From Eledone cirrhosa (lineage: Eukaryota), in NCBI GenBank assembly GCA_964016885.1, contig OZ024748.1, positions 58,900,001 to 58,964,000 on the forward strand: a stretch of 64,000 bases of DNA, written 5' to 3'. Below, piece after piece: positions 13,260 to 27,689 of this stretch. A program made the translations under genes and the position numbers. Under the pieces are notes generated by a model. That model did no database searches and was not told where the DNA came from. It saw nothing but the letters and a program-made list of their open reading frames with translations. Position 1 is the stretch's first letter. The number at the start of each line of letters is the position of its first letter.

Positions 13260-13863
13260 TTATAGAAAAACCACCCTTCTCAATTTCTGTGGGAAATAAT
13301 TATTTTTCTTTGTGTGCTCTCAACTTATCTGACCTCCGAACATGCTGCAAAGGTCTTTTTCATGGAAAACGGATGTGGAGGATGGAGCAAACTTTCCCCC
13401 ACCTCAGAGTTTTCTTTACCATTTTATTTTATGTGTTATATTATTCGTTGTATTTAACCTTGCATCACAACATATGTGGGAAGGGTTAGGGGTTAAGATT
13501 AGCGTGTTTGGGAGGTCCGATTTGTCAACAACACGCAAAAAAACCTATAAGAAAAATGTCCACCAGATGCGAGAGGGCTATAGATCTGCAAAACTCCGAG
13601 GCCCTTTCTCCTCCCTTTTTCTACAAAGCTAATTGTTTCCAACTGTTCGGAAGTCAGATTATTTGATAATAGACAAAGATTGGCAGAATGACAAAAATGG
13701 CAAAGAAAACCCCGGAGGTTGTGGGGCAAGTTCAAGCCCTCCGCTTCCCCCTCCATTATCCGGGGGGAAACATCAAATGCGACATTCGAAAGTCAAATTA
13801 ATTGAAAAATGAGGAAAAATAATTATTTCTCCCTAATATCAAGAGGGGGGATGGTGTCCTATA
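13260..13863. mobile_element. Possible old MITE/DNA transposon with degenerate terminal inverted repeats
   Basis: TATAG..ACCA.CC..CTC...GAAATAATTATTTTTC at the left end matches the reverse complement of the right end over about 48 bp, with mismatches. Confidence 0.4.
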
Positions 13864-15003
13864 AATTTACCGAAGGTATTATTCTTGGAAAATACTAGTT
13901 TATCAGTTTTCTCCGCATAATTTGAGTTGGTAGTATCGGTAGAGGGCTGGACATGCTCTCCATCATAGTTACGTCCCATTACGGTCTGAGTTCAAATCCC
14001 GTGAAGGTTAACTTTGCCTTTCAACCTTACGGGGTCGATAAAACAAAGTACCAGTAATGCACTGGGTAATTGCTGGTCTTGTACCAAAAGTAGAAACAAT
14101 TATTTACATATTACAAAAGTATACACAGAAATACAAATATAATATGATGGGCTTCCGCGGTATTCCCGCATACCAGATGTCACTCGAAAGCATCAGTTTG
14201 CTCGAGGTTATGGTAGAATCTATATATATGTTTAATGTGTGGTGCAGTGAGATCGAATCTAGAACCACACGGCTACGAAGTAGATTTCTTAATTGTACAG
14301 TAATGCATTTTATTTTGTTAGCTTTCAGACATTTATCTCTTGACAAGGAAATCACCAAGAGTCACCTCGTCGACCAGGTGGTGCAAACAAGAATGAACGA
14401 ACATTGGAGAACGTTCTAGCTCTGTTTCCTTCTGTTTACATTCAAATATATATATATACAATAAGTACAGAAAGTATTCACTTTTTATCAGTATGCACTG
14501 GTGGTATACTGTAAAGTAGCTAAACTGTGACATTATTCCTTGAAGGGTATAAAGCTAGAAAATGGACATTTGAGAGAACTCAGAAACTGTCTCTTTGTGA
14601 AACAGTCTGCACTGTAAAGAATAGTTTGAAGACAAGTAAGAAATGGTAAGTGTGTAAGATGCTGTATTGTATATAAAGTCGGTGGGTATAGTTAGATTAG
14701 CAGATGGACCATAATGCACCGGAGTAATTGATACTTAGGGTAGTAGAGTGGGTAATAGGAAAAGAGTCAGGATCCCGTTCGGATCTAGCTGTCGAAACTG
14801 CCTGAGCGCAGCTGTCGGCATCCTGTCTCTTTTCAAATAAATATATATATATATATATATAATTAAAAGTTTAACAAGGTTCAATGAATTAATCAATGAA
14901 TAAAGTTTTACAATAGATTAGAAGCACTCTACAGAGAGGTTTTCTGGAGTTATTAATATTACTTCCAAATATTAATAAATATAGACATTCATGTGATCAA
15001 ATA

Positions 15004-15069
15004 TATTTTATTATACATATTTCAGAGGTACTGAGCTATTTCAACAGTACATTCTCATCAGATAAAATA
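15004..15069 (-). ncRNA. Type I hammerhead ribozyme motif
   Basis: TATTTTAT-CTGATGA-[GTACTG/CAGTAC]-GAA-ATATGTAT-A^ATAAAATA on the minus strand. Confidence 0.82.
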
Positions 15070-15264
15070 AATTGTTGTCTGACATACCTTGACTGTGTTG
15101 ATGGTTAAAATTCAGTCATGGCATAGCTGAAATAGCTCAGTACCTCTGAAATATGTATAATAAAATATATTTGATCACATGAATGTCTATATTTATTAAT
15201 ATTTGGAAGTAATATATATATATATGATATTAATAAATGGGAACTATTTTTATAAAACCATATT

Positions 15265-15325
15265 TATTCTATTATATATATTTCAAGGGTACCAACACTT
15301 TGGTACACATTCATCAGACAAAATA
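15265..15325 (-). ncRNA. Type I hammerhead ribozyme motif (left arm of palindrome)
   Basis: TATTTTGT-CTGATGA-[GTACCAA/TTGGTAC]-GAA-ATATATAT-A^ATAGAATA. Confidence 0.8.
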
Positions 15326-15450
15326 CAAAATTTGTTTTAGAAATAGTAACATACCCAGGAATCAGACCTTAACAGTTCAAGTTCTGTTTGGATAGTTGAA
15401 CTGTTAAGGTTTGATTCCTGGGTATGTCACTATTTATAAAACAAACTTTG

Positions 15451-15513
15451 TATTTTATCTGATGAGTGCATACCAAAGTTTTTTGGTACCCTTGAAATAT
15501 ATATAATAGAATA
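15451..15513 (+). ncRNA. Type I hammerhead ribozyme motif (right arm of palindrome)
   Basis: TATTTTAT-CTGATGA-[TACCAAA/TTTGGTA]-GAA-ATATATAT-A^ATAGAATA. Confidence 0.8.
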
Positions 15514-15724
15514 AATATGGTTTTATAAAAATAGTTTCCATTTATTAATATCATTGATATTATACTCCAGAAAAACTGTTGAGTGCTTCGAATCTGTTAT
15601 AAATATATTTGTTGAATTACCAACAAACTAAATATCCCTTTGCTTATATATATATATATGATTTTTTCTTTTTTTTTTCTTTTCTTTTCTTGGACTAGCT
15701 TTATTTTCAGTATCTATCCTTTGT

Positions 15725-15818
15725 GATCCCTTATTGAGTCCTCTCTGGATTTGGGGCTTTATAATGAGCGATCCCTTATTGAGTCCTCTCTGGATTTGGG
15801 GCTTTATAATGAGCGATC
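15725..15818. repeat. Perfect 45-bp tandem duplication
   Basis: GATCCCTTATTGAGTCCTCTCTGGATTTGGGGCTTTATAATGAGC x2. Confidence 0.95.
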
Positions 15819-17366
15819 AGTGATTCAATTTAAAATTTTATTGAGAAAAATCATAAGCACTAGTATTGAATTGATGGGGTAGCAGAGCTGTGGTACTGAA
15901 TGTCCGCAGTGTAATAATGGAAACCAGTAAAAATATAAGAAGCATTTATTCTCTGTCGTTGATGGTATACGAACTCAGAACACTCAAAACTTCGACTCAA
16001 TTGAAACATGTTTAAAAAAAAAAACGCCGACATCTCAAAAGATTGCAGATCCGTTTAAAATGCATGTCAACTGAAGCAGACTCTTGAGATAATTTATTAG
16101 ATTGTTAGATTTATTCTTATCTCTTTCAGTGATTAAGTAGCTTTTTTCGCATTTGAAGTGTTGAAATTACACGTATTATATATTCACCAACAATTATATA
16201 CACACACTCACATATACATACACATATATATTCACGTAGACATACCTGCACATAAACATACACTCTAATGCTAAAACACACATTTGCGCATACACACATC
16301 GATATAATGCATAAATAAACAAACACTTACAATGTACTTTATCTGTATCTATGTATATACATGTGAATGAAGAAATATGTTTTTCATATATATATAAATG
16401 TGTATATATATATATATATATATATAAATATGTATGTTATATGTGTGTATATATATATATAAATATATGTATGTTTATATATGTATATGAATGTGTGTGT
16501 GTGTAGATGTCAATGTATCATCATTAAATTTATACGGGTGTGATGCAAGTTTCGGGATTGTTCAACTTAAGGTTCAATCTGTATGGATCTAGCCCGACTC
16601 TGGAATCAATAGCTCACCAGTCTTTTGATTTTGTTAATGACGGGGTGTCCATTGAATGCTCAAATTTGTGATCCAACAAAAACGTGAGGTTATATCCCAT
16701 TAGGCTATATATATATATACATATATTCATGCACGATGCCCTAACTATCGAGGTAGTCATACGGGTTTCGTATTGACATATGGCGTTTCCAGGGCATTTT
16801 AAAACTTGGCAGAGCTAATATCCTCTAGGTTTTAATAGAGAGGGTTTCTTCCCAGATGATATAGAGAATGAGAGAATGGAAGTGAAAAACATATATAGAG
16901 AGAACCGACCCATACTTTTTTTATAGACCTCAGTGGAAAGACGAAATGAACACCGCAAAGCATTCTAAAACGTTCTAACGAGTCTGCAAATTCGATTCTC
17001 CTACCCCCTCACAGAGGGAGAGAGACGGAGAGAAAGAAAGAGAGAGAAATGGAGAGGGACGGAGAGAGAGAGAGAGAGAGAGAGGAGGAGTTCAGGAATT
17101 AACAAGACGAACACGGAGATGGAAAAGTACCAACTCTAGTTAAGTCCTCGATTGGGAAGATGTAAATGAGGGATTTCCACGGAGCAACTTTTCAGCTGAA
17201 TCAAATGGAGAAGGTTGCTTTTGGCAGGACCCAAGCCCAACTGAAGGTGTGTTTGAGGATTCTGTCCCACCTCGACCCTCCCTGGAATAAGTGAGTGAAG
17301 AAGACGATATATATATATATATAAACACACATACATATATGCATGCATATATACATTTATATATAC

Positions 17367-17398
<32 letters not shown>

Positions 17399-17980
17399 GC
17401 ATATATACATATATATATATATGCATATATACATATATATATATGCATAAGTACACACACACATATATACATATATATATATATGCATATATATATATGC
17501 ATATATATATATATACATATGCATATATATACATATATATATATATATATGCATATATACATATATATGCATAAGTACACACGCACACACATATATATGT
17601 ATACCCATATACATACACATATATATGCATATATATATATATCTATACACACACCTACCTATCTATATGTATCTACATATATATACATACATACATACAT
17701 GCATGTGTGTATAACAAAACTTCCACAGAGACACATAGAAAGAGAGAAGGAGGCAGACGGAGATATGAACTTTTATTAAAATTATCTAATCGCTTGTCCT
17801 TCCATTAACCTCTATTTGATATGCTATATGCACTTATAGTGCCATGCTACAATAGCTGTTACATTACATGTCGCTGCTTATCTCGTATTGCAAAGACAAT
17901 TGACTGGAGGGTGAATATTGGACTAGTGGCTCACACCAAGCTACTTCATGTTCCGCTGCTGATATATACATGTGTGTGTA

Positions 17981-18084
<104 letters not shown>

Positions 18085-18133
18085 GGGTGTGTGTATATAT
18101 ATGTATCTATCTATGTATGTATATTTATTTATT

Positions 18134-18168
<35 letters not shown>

Positions 18169-18238
18169 GTGTGTGTGTATATATATGTATCTATCTATGT
18201 ATGTATATTTATTTATTTATGTATATATATATATATAT

Positions 18239-18577
18239 ATGGCTTAGTGGTTAGAGCATTGGCCTTGCAATCAAAAAGTTGTGAGTTCAATTCTCAGACC
18301 GGGTGATGTGTTGTTTCCTTGAGCAAGGCACTTTATTTCACATTGCTCCAGTTTACTCAGCTGTAGAAATGAGATAATAGGGACTGGGGTCCCTATCATT
18401 CCACTGCAAAGTGGTCGTGTAGGTGCCACGGTAAAAAAGCACCCAGCACTCACTGTAAATGAGGTTGGTGTTAGGAAGGGCATCCAGCTGTAGAAATCAA
18501 GCCAGAATCAGTGCCCGTCCTACCCTTGCAAGCAGGGAAAAGTGGACGTAAAATGAAATGATGATGAAATGATGATA
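18239..18577 (+). mobile_element. tRNA-derived SINE family A
   Basis: High identity to 1987-2371; inserted in a (TA)n tract. Confidence 0.88.
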
Positions 18578-18671
18578 TATAGATAGCGTGGAAGCTAGAC
18601 GTTAAACGATGACGATGATGATATATATGTATATATTTATTTATGTATGTACATATATATGTATCTATGTA

Positions 18672-18723
<52 letters not shown>

Positions 18724-20744
18724 ATTTACTTAAGTATGTGTATATATATATTATGTATATATATATATATACATACACACACATATGTATGTGCGTTGAA
18801 CAATGAAAACATAAGACGAATTTTAGTGCTTAATCAGCTCATTGTTTTACACTCATTTCGGAGGGTGGATTGCTAATGTTGAATCAATAGTGGCTAATCG
18901 ATAGTAGTTACATCACTACATAATTCAGATCCATCACACGGTCTTTCTTTGAAGTATGTATATATAATATATATATATATATACATATAATAATAAATTT
19001 GAAGACTAAAATCCAAAGAGGGCTCGATAAGGATAAATATATATCAGATATATAAGAACCGTAGAGCAAATTATCATCATCATCACCGTTTTACGTCCGT
19101 TCTTCCACGCATGGGTTAGACGGGTTGTCCTGTTGTGGGCAGTGTCTGGTCGGCTGACCAGCAAATATTTATTAAAATAACAGATTAAAGTTTAAGCAAA
19201 GAATCGCTGCTTTCACCCTTTACGAGCGATTCTTTGCTTAAACTTTAATCTGTTATTTTAATAAATATATAAATATATATATATATAGTTTGTATTTCCC
19301 AGTTAGTGTGTGTCGGATATAAAAATAACAAAGAACTGGCTGGACATATAAAATACAGAAAACCCGGGAAAATTCGACACATTGACAGTTCCCGCTCATC
19401 AGCTATAATTCAGATATCATTATAGTTTCAGTAGGGTAATGACAGTCTATTCTTCCTAGTAATCTAGGGTATGTTGTTGTAATTGGTAATGCTGGTGTTG
19501 GTGGTACAGATGGTTTGTCTATTGGCAGCGGTCAAACCTTTCTTCTCTGTCTTTCTTCTTCTCTCTCTCTCTCTCTTCTTTTCTCTCTGTCTGTCTGTCT
19601 GTTCTCTGTTCACAACAGATATTTGGCAATGTAATCGAATAGGTATTCTCGCAAGCTTTTTTTTTTCTTTATCAAGGACTCTGTTTCAGTCATCGACCAG
19701 TCCACCTAATGTAGACTGTGAACTTACTGGATTTTTAATGTATCTTCATCACAGAAAACGACCACTCACCTGAGATTTATTTCTAGCGTCACATCTATTG
19801 CTTGCGCCTTCGTCGATTGCGAGCCCACGTTTGAGAGAATGAGGATGAATCGGAGAAATCTAAATTCGACCATCTTGTATTTCTTTTCACGTATGACAAA
19901 GATTTTCTCTTACGTTTTACCTTCATTCACCCGGTGATCTTTTGCACCACTGCAATGGTACGTACTCTGAATCTGATAGTGTTTTCTATACTTACTTGTG
20001 GCACAGCCGGGTCATTTAACATGCCCTTCATTTGGACAAGTTTTCCGACTTCCTACAACACCTTCTTTTGTATAACTGGATCGTTGATGCCACTTGTTAT
20101 ACCAACAAACCTATCTTCGTTTTTATAGTTGCTACACCTGTTAACAAGTGTGATGGAGTTGACAGCCACATTGGAATATGTTATTGTTGTGGGTGGTGTT
20201 GGTGGTGATGTTGTTGTTTCTGCTGTGTTACACTAGCAGCAAACACCTTTTTTCTCTGCAACTGTATCTGTAAGATCAACGGGGTTTGTTATATAGGGTA
20301 CTATAAGAGATGGGAAGAGGTAAAAGTAGGGCTTTCAGTGGCTAGATTCTTACTATTTAAATCCCTTCTTCCAGTTTTTTTTGTTGACTTGCTGGTAATA
20401 AATTGGGCTATAATATATATATATATATATAAACAAAGAAGGAGTGGTAGGGTACCAGGTGGACCAAAACGCACCAGAGTACTCGATACTTAGGGCAGTA
20501 GAATGGGTAATATGAAAAGAGCCAAGACACCGACAGCTGGACTCCGGCCATTTCGACAGCTAGAACCGAACTGTTTGGATCTAGCTGTCGAAACGGTCAG
20601 AACTCAGCCGTCGGGGTCCTGACTCTTTTCATATATATAGTGTGTGTGTGTGCGTATGTAAAAGGTAAACAGAAATAACAACACAATCGGTACAGTATAT
20701 GGAAGGGATATATTAGGTTAACGCTTGATATAGCAGGAGAAGGG

Positions 20745-20780
20745 TCTTAACGTTTCGGACACTAGTCTTTCATCAGAAGA
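20745..20780 (-). ncRNA. Minimal (36-nt) type I hammerhead motif
   Basis: TCTT-CTGATGA-AAGACTAGTGTCC-GAA-ACGT-T^AAGA. A truncated sister copy lies at about 31185-31277. Confidence 0.75.
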
Positions 20781-22829
20781 AAGAATGAGAAATAAAATAG
20801 ATTGAGGAGACGGGCGGGATGGAATTGGAAAAAATGTCTTTAGATAAAAATAATAGGTCCATTCATGTTGACATCTCTTGCCAAACTGTTGGTGCTGGCG
20901 TTTTGTGTATGATTTATTTTTTAGAAAAGTGGATGATGGCGCTCGTCTACCTGAATGGGAAAAAAACCGTTTTGTAAAAAGAGCTAAACAACAACAAAAG
21001 GCCGGACTGAAAAATGTACTTTAACATTTTAATTCCGTGACATCACTATACATATTTCGATGGCCAGGTTCCATTATCCAATTATGATGCCAGAAAATTC
21101 ATAGAACACAATCAAAAGTAAGATGAAACAAAGAAAAAGATAACTCAAAGACAGGCGGGGGCAATCTCTATCCTTAGCTGGAAATCATATCTCAGACACG
21201 CCCCCCCCCCCCCCCCCCCCCCACGGCCAAGAAGACGAAAGCATTGCCGCGAAGAACAGCCAATGATATACACTGTATCGGGCATTCTTCATCGTGAAGC
21301 CCCTTCATCAAGCTCGTTGTGCGATCAGTGCAATTTGTTGAAGGGAAACATCTGTCCAGGAACCGAAGATAACAGCGATCTGAACGATGAGTGGCTCAAA
21401 ATGGAATTTTTATTAAAAAAAAAAAAAAGGAAAATATAACCCTAAAAGACTTGAAATCAAAGGAACCGACCACGACCAGTTTTTCAGGGATGAGACCAAT
21501 TCCGTAATAATATAAGAAATAAAAGCGGATAATATCAAATTCTTAAAAGGGATTGATGAGTGTAGCTGTAATGGCGAAGGCGGTGGCAGTGAAAAAAGAA
21601 TTGACGGCGGCGGTGACAGTAATTCACAGGAAGAAGAAAAAGAGAAGATAGATGAAGGCAAAACGAAGCTAAAATATCCGCCTTCTTACACAGTATGATA
21701 GTTGTGTGCACTTTCTGAATAGTCTGCTTTATCAGTTCTGCCTGTCTGCTTCAAGAAGTCATTGCCCGATAAGGTGTCAAAAATGCTTTTTATCTAAGCC
21801 TAACATGACTTTGGATCACTATGACACCTCCTTATAACAGTACATGTAACTTATTTATATCAGGAGCCAAATGAATGATTTAGTTTCGTTTCAGTTTGAG
21901 ATGGGTGAAGGTAGAGCAAAACAGTTGAGTGGTTCATAAGTTCGATTCCGGATTACGGATTAGGACTATTTTCGATTCTCATTGCACATAAAGTAAAAAG
22001 TATCAGGTTGAATCAATTACTTTGCGGAAACCAATGTATACACTCTCTCTCTCTTATTTATATTTATATATATATATAAACTATAATAAATTAAGAGCGC
22101 GGGACTGCGTACGGTTTATAATTTGTTATCCCCTTAGTAAAATAAGTTGGATTACTTTGAATAAATAATGAATGAATATCACATAATTTATCTACTAAAT
22201 TTCGTGGCTGTTCATTAAATATATTTTATTATTTATTTAAAGATTCAATTGTTTAAAATTTTCAAATGTCAACACTTCCGGTGGCGATCGCTTAAATAAA
22301 TACTCATATATTTCTGTCACTAATTTTCTCGTAATGCAGTTTATATATAATATCATCTTTTTTAATGTATCATGGATTACGTTACTGATTAAATAAGACA
22401 GTGTAACGCAGTCTTCGCTCAATTTCTATGAATTATATATTGTCAATTATGATTTTATTTGATGTATCATATCTGCATGTATATATACTTGTGTAAAATA
22501 TCAATATACACACTACACATACTAGTAGAAAACCACTCGAAGGGTGGTTTTTCTGCTAGTATATATATAAGGGAAGAAGCTGCTTTTTTTTTTATTTCAA
22601 ATCCATTATTGTGTGTGTGTGTGTGTGAGATAGGGAGAGTGTATACATATACGAAGATGGGTTGGAAAGTTCGTAGGCTTACTATGAACAAGTGATGCTA
22701 GGGTTGTGAAATCTTGCATGCATTAATATTCAACTCTTCTCTGTAATAACTGCATTGTTTCTTTCCAGAGACTATGTTGAAAAATAAACCTCATTTGGTC
22801 ATTCCATCAGCCTATGAACAGCTAACACT

Positions 22830-22902
<73 letters not shown>

Positions 22903-24399
22903 ATGTGTTTACATATATACATGTATGTATGTATGTATATATATATATATATTCAGAAGTGCACCAGCAGTCGAAGTGTACGATAATGTATCTGTATACA
23001 CACTGGTTAACCGAGACTGCACCAGTGTTTATATATACACCTATTTGATAGGTAGGCATGTAAATATTCCTGAAAGTACAAATTTAAACACATTTAATCA
23101 GAAGGCATGAATATCATACATATGAGGAGGGTGGGGTTTTGGGTTTTTTTTTAGGAGCGATTGACTGTTAGTCTTTATTAAGACATCTCTCTAAGAGAAG
23201 GTCACTCTGATATAAAATCTTCATCCAATGATGTAGACCAGTTCTTCTTTTTGGGCAAATGCATTAGATGTTCAGAGAGCGGGGTTTGGCTCCGTGCAAA
23301 GCCTGTCCTCACTTAAAAAAAACTTCAAGTACAAGCATCGCTTGATATCTGACATTTGTTGTGATGAATGGTATTTCTGGCTATAGGCTAGTCCCTAGCA
23401 GGACTAATAAGCCACATCCGTGATGATCATGCTTAAGTATCAAGCGATGGTATTACTCCAAATTGAGTTACAGCCATCATATGTGTACGTATATATATAT
23501 ATATATATATAATCATATACATATGCATTTACGTGTATATGTATATATGTACGTTTATACATGTGTGTAGCACACCATATAGGACTAAATATATATGATT
23601 CCGTACTGGGATTGAACACAGAACTACACGTTTGCCAAGCAAGATTTTTTAAATCTGCCTTGTTTGGTAGGCACGCGTGCAAGGAAAAGGGAGAGAGGGG
23701 GGGGGGGGGGGCTGAGTAAAAGAATTATTTAAAAAGAATTGGGTAAACAGCTAACTCATTTTGCCATATATATATTTCTTTTCCTGTTATTTTAGTCACT
23801 TTTTTTTTATTTTATTTTCGCATGTTTAAAATAAAAAAAATAACAAATACATACATAAATAAATATAAAACTTAACCACAACAGACATCCTTATGTGTTA
23901 GTATTAAGAAGTCTATTGTAGACAGATATAAGTCTGTGTTTTAATTAGATTTTGATTGGTATGTGGAATTCATTTTTTTTAACTCTTTCATATTTCTAAT
24001 GAAAGACACTGTCTATGAATTTTTAACAAATTTAGAAAATAATCAAGAATTTTGATTTATTTAGGAATAAGTTCTTTCAATATTCATAAGAAAATAAGAA
24101 ACATTGAAATTAAATAAATTCCTTGCTTTGCAAAGTACAACTATTGTTACCTTTACCTGTCCAAGGGTCTAGTGAATATGTGATTTTATGGGTTCGCTAG
24201 TTTCTGAGTTTTTTAGGCGGACATACAGAATCAAAAACTTCTTTTTCTTCTTTTTTTCTTTTTTTTCCTTTTTCTTATTTTTTTTCTTTTTCTTCTTTTT
24301 CTTCTTTTTCTTCTTTTTCTTCTTTTTCTTCTTTTTCTTATTTTTTTTCTTTTTCCTCTTTTTTTCTGTTTCTTTTCTTTTTCTTCTTTTTCTTGAGAG

Positions 24400-24612
24400 G
24401 GTCATGTAAGGCAGGGTCCTCAAACACTCCTCCAGCGGGCCCTGCCAGAAGCAACAGATCCAGCTGGAAGCCCAAGCGAGACCAGCCAAGCTCATTGACG
24501 TTATCCAACCATCTTGCTCGGGGTCTACTCCTGGGTCTCCTGCCGGTTGGTTTTACCTCCCGTAAAATCTCTCCAACGATTCTTTCCTGTGACATTCTAA
24601 CCACATGCAGCA
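24400..24612 (-). mobile_element. RTE LINE 3' fragment
   Basis: HVVRMSQERI...GRRPRSRPRARWLDNV motif, followed by a (GAAAAA)n-like tract. Confidence 0.75.
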
Positions 24613-24789
24613 AAGAGGACTTTGTTGAAAAATAAACCTCATTTGGTCACATTCCATGAGAGTATCTTAGTCAGCCAATGAACTTTTCAGCTGACCCTTG
24701 TAGTATATCAATGATTTTTAGTTTTTTTTTTTTTCAATTTGATGACAGCGTAATTTGGCTACTACTTCTGGCAGATCAACCAACTACAT

Positions 24790-25720
24790 AGAGGCTTTTT
24801 GCCCAGATGATCTAACGCTCATAGCTGAATCAATGGCCGAACTAGAGAAGAAATTCCAAACACGGAAACATGGCCTTAAAATTAACCTGTCTAAGACGAA
24901 AATTCTAGTTTATAGGAAGGAAAATAGGGCACCGGTCCCATCTGGGAAATGGCCATGCTCTGTGTGTCAGAAAGGAGTAGACAGAAACTCCATTTAATGT
25001 CCCAAATGCAAAGTATGGGTGCATAAAAGATGTAGTGGGATCACAGGTAAGCTAACTAAGAATATAGATTTTATATGTGGCCGGTGCTCTGGTGCAATAA
25101 GTAGCAGCAAGTACCCACAGAATACTAGCTTATTCCATTGCACAGATGGTTCTATAGAAATAGTGGACACCTTCCGTTACCTGGGTGACAAAATCAGCAG
25201 TGGTGGAGGGTGCTCTGAAAGTACAGTAGCTAGAGTCAGAACGGGATGGAAAAAGTTCAGAGAGCTTATAACACTATTGGCCGCTAAAGGGTTCTCTCAA
25301 AAAATGAAAGGCAGGCTGTATGATGCCTGCATACGAACAGCAATGTTCCATGGCAGTGAGACCTGGGCATTGTGTGCAGAGGATATATGCAGACTGGAGA
25401 GGAACGAAGCTTGCATGCTCCGCTGGATGTGTAATAGTAATATACCTGAATGGCAAAGCATAAACGAACTAAGGGAGAAATTAGGAATAAGAGGGATCAG
25501 ATGTTGTTTACTCGAGAGAAGACTACGTTGGTATGGTCACGTGATGCGCACGATAAAAAAAGTGCAGGGCGATAAAAATAGACGGTAGCCACGGAGTAGG
25601 CAGACCCAGAAAAACCTGGGACGACTTGATAAATTCCGATCTCACACACTTACACCTCTCCAAGACAATGTCACTGGACCAAGATCTTTGGCGCTACACA
25701 GTAATACAGAAGACCCGCCT
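24790..25720 (+). mobile_element. 5'-truncated RTE-type LINE (RT C-terminal half)
   Basis: CPDDLTLIAES (YADD region), [14 protein letters not shown] and GRPRKTW motifs, plus a Cys-rich insert (CSVC...HKRCSG...CGRC). Contains stops and frameshifts. Confidence 0.9.
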
Positions 25721-26399
25721 TGCCTAAGTACAAAGCGAAACCTACAGTCAGTAGGCACCTCTAACAAAAATACACCCCCGTCCCACTACCCCCACCCCAT
25801 CCACACCACCCCTTTCAATGTCAAGTTATGTTGGTACCACAACATCCAGTCCGAAACAAATGAGGTCGTGTAGGTGTCACGACAAAAAAACACAGTCCAC
25901 GTTGTAATGTGACTGTGTAGGTAACACGGTAAAAACCTCCCAGTCCACACTGTAAACGTGGTTGGCATCCAGTCGTAGAAAACCCGCCAGACAGTCCTAT
26001 ACGAGCAAGACAACCAATCTTGCCTCAAGTGGGAAAATTCCCGTCCAAACCCATGCTAGCGTGGAAGATGGACGTTAAACGATGATGATGATATGTGTAT
26101 ATGTATATATATGTGTGTGTGTATATGTATATATATGTGTGTGTGTATATATATATATATATGTGTGTGTGTATGTATATATATATATGTGTGTGTGTGT
26201 ATGTATATGTATATATATATGTGTGTGTATGTATGTATATATATGTGTGTGTGTGTATGTATATATATATGTGTGTGTATGTATATGTATATATATATGT
26301 GTGTGTGTATGTATGTATATATATGTGTGTGTGTGTATGTATATATATATGTGTGTGTATATATATATATGTGTGTGTGTGTATGTATATGTTTATATA

Positions 26400-27320
26400 T
26401 GTGTGTCGGCAAATTCAGCATCCGATATCTGTTTCGCCTTAACTCTCCTGCTCTGAGCCGGTGCTACAGTAAAGCCAGACTCCTGGTGTTTCTCCAGTGC
26501 AAGGCACATACAATAGTCCACTACGATGATGAAAATGTAGGGAGCCAATGTATCTCTCTGGAGCACTCCAGCCAGTATCTCAAAGAACTCTGTCATCCCA
26601 TCAGGTGTAATGACTTGGGCTTTGGTGTTGGTGTAGAGCAGTGATATCAGGTCCACTATCTTCTTGGGGATTCCATAAACCTGTAAGATCTTCATCAGGC
26701 AGTGACGGTCCACAGAATCAAAGGCCTTCCTAAAATCAATGAAAACCATGTCCACAGGAAGGCACTTTGCTCTAGCTCCCTCTAATATCCTCCTCAGCAT
26801 CAGGATGTGACTGGTGGTTAATCTTCCCTCTCTGAAGCCATTTTGGTTGTGCCTGAGCTTCTTCTCCATCTCAGGCTGGATCCTGTTAAGAATCATCCTG
26901 TTGTGGGTCTTTGCCACAAGTGACGTCAGTGAGATCCCCCTGTAGTTGTTGGTGTTAGAGAGATCTCCCTTCTTTGCCACTGGGACGATGTTACTGATCC
27001 TGCACTGATTCGGGGCAACTCCCTTCTCCAGTGCCTGGTTACAGAACTCCTGGAAGATATCATCAAAATCACACCTCTTCATCACCTCTGATGCCACTCC
27101 ATCTTCTCCATGAACCTTACCCTCCTTGATCTTTTTCTTGGCTCTCTGAAGCTCCTCCCCGGTGAAGGGCTCTATCTCAATATCCAGTTCTGCAAACAGC
27201 CGCCTGATCTCCCCAGTGCTCTGGGCTGTGGAGGGCGGCTCTCCTAGTAGGGTCCTAAAATGGTCTAGCCATTTCCTCTTCCTATCCTCGGGTCCTGTTC
27301 CCTGGATCTGACTCGAACAC
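26400..27320 (-). mobile_element. RTE-type LINE RT fragment (inverted relative to its 3' end)
   Basis: KKGDLSNTNNYRGISL, QNGFREGR, FIDFRKAFDSV, GVLQRDTLAP and EFADT motifs (RT domains 0-5). Confidence 0.93.
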
Positions 27321-27364
27321 TGAGGCCGAAAAACTCAGAGCTGTGTGGGAGCCTCCCAAAAGTC

Positions 27365-27620
27365 AGCTCAAAAGTGACACAGAGGAGACTGAGGTTAGCT
27401 GAACATGCTCACCAGCATCCAGAGTTGACATTGCACTCAGTGATCCTGTGGGAGCCCCTACATGGACACACTGGAAGAGGAAGACCAAGGTTAACGTATG
27501 TTGATGCCCTAAGGACAGACACTGGTCTGTTGGAAACGCAGAACGTGGCAGCGATAATGAGGGACAGAGACCTTTGGAGAGAACTTGTCCATAGATCTCG
27601 GGGATTTTACCCGCCCTAGA
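27365..27620 (+). mobile_element. RTE LINE 3' end (TA-associated family)
   Basis: RRLRLAEHAHQH...GRGRPRLTYVDAL...MRDRDLWR, ending GGATTTTACCCGCCCTAG then (TA)n. Same 3' end at 29890-30126(+), 30186-30342(-), 44058-44130(-), 50065-50200(-) and 57653-57710(+). Confidence 0.88.
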
Positions 27621-27646
27621 GAATATATATATATACACACGCACAC

Positions 27647-27683
<37 letters not shown>

Positions 27684-27689
27684 TAGATA

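Larger units (their letters stand above)
15228..15555. repeat. Fold-back palindrome, about 150-bp arms
   Basis: Arms are reverse complements with scattered mismatches; short spacer near 15390. Confidence 0.95.

Noticed and set aside
19360-19410. CTGATGA followed by a CGGGAA/TTCCCG stem on the minus strand
   Set aside because: No GAAA follows the stem, so it is not a complete hammerhead.
19930-21500. Possible LINE ORF1-like remnants
   Set aside because: Too degraded to assign from sequence alone.
22650-22830. Mariner/Tc1- and hAT-like terminal fragments (also about 2670, 24625-24700, 31330, 55620-55692)
   Set aside because: Short single ends without a clearly paired TIR or transposase; not supportable as discrete elements.
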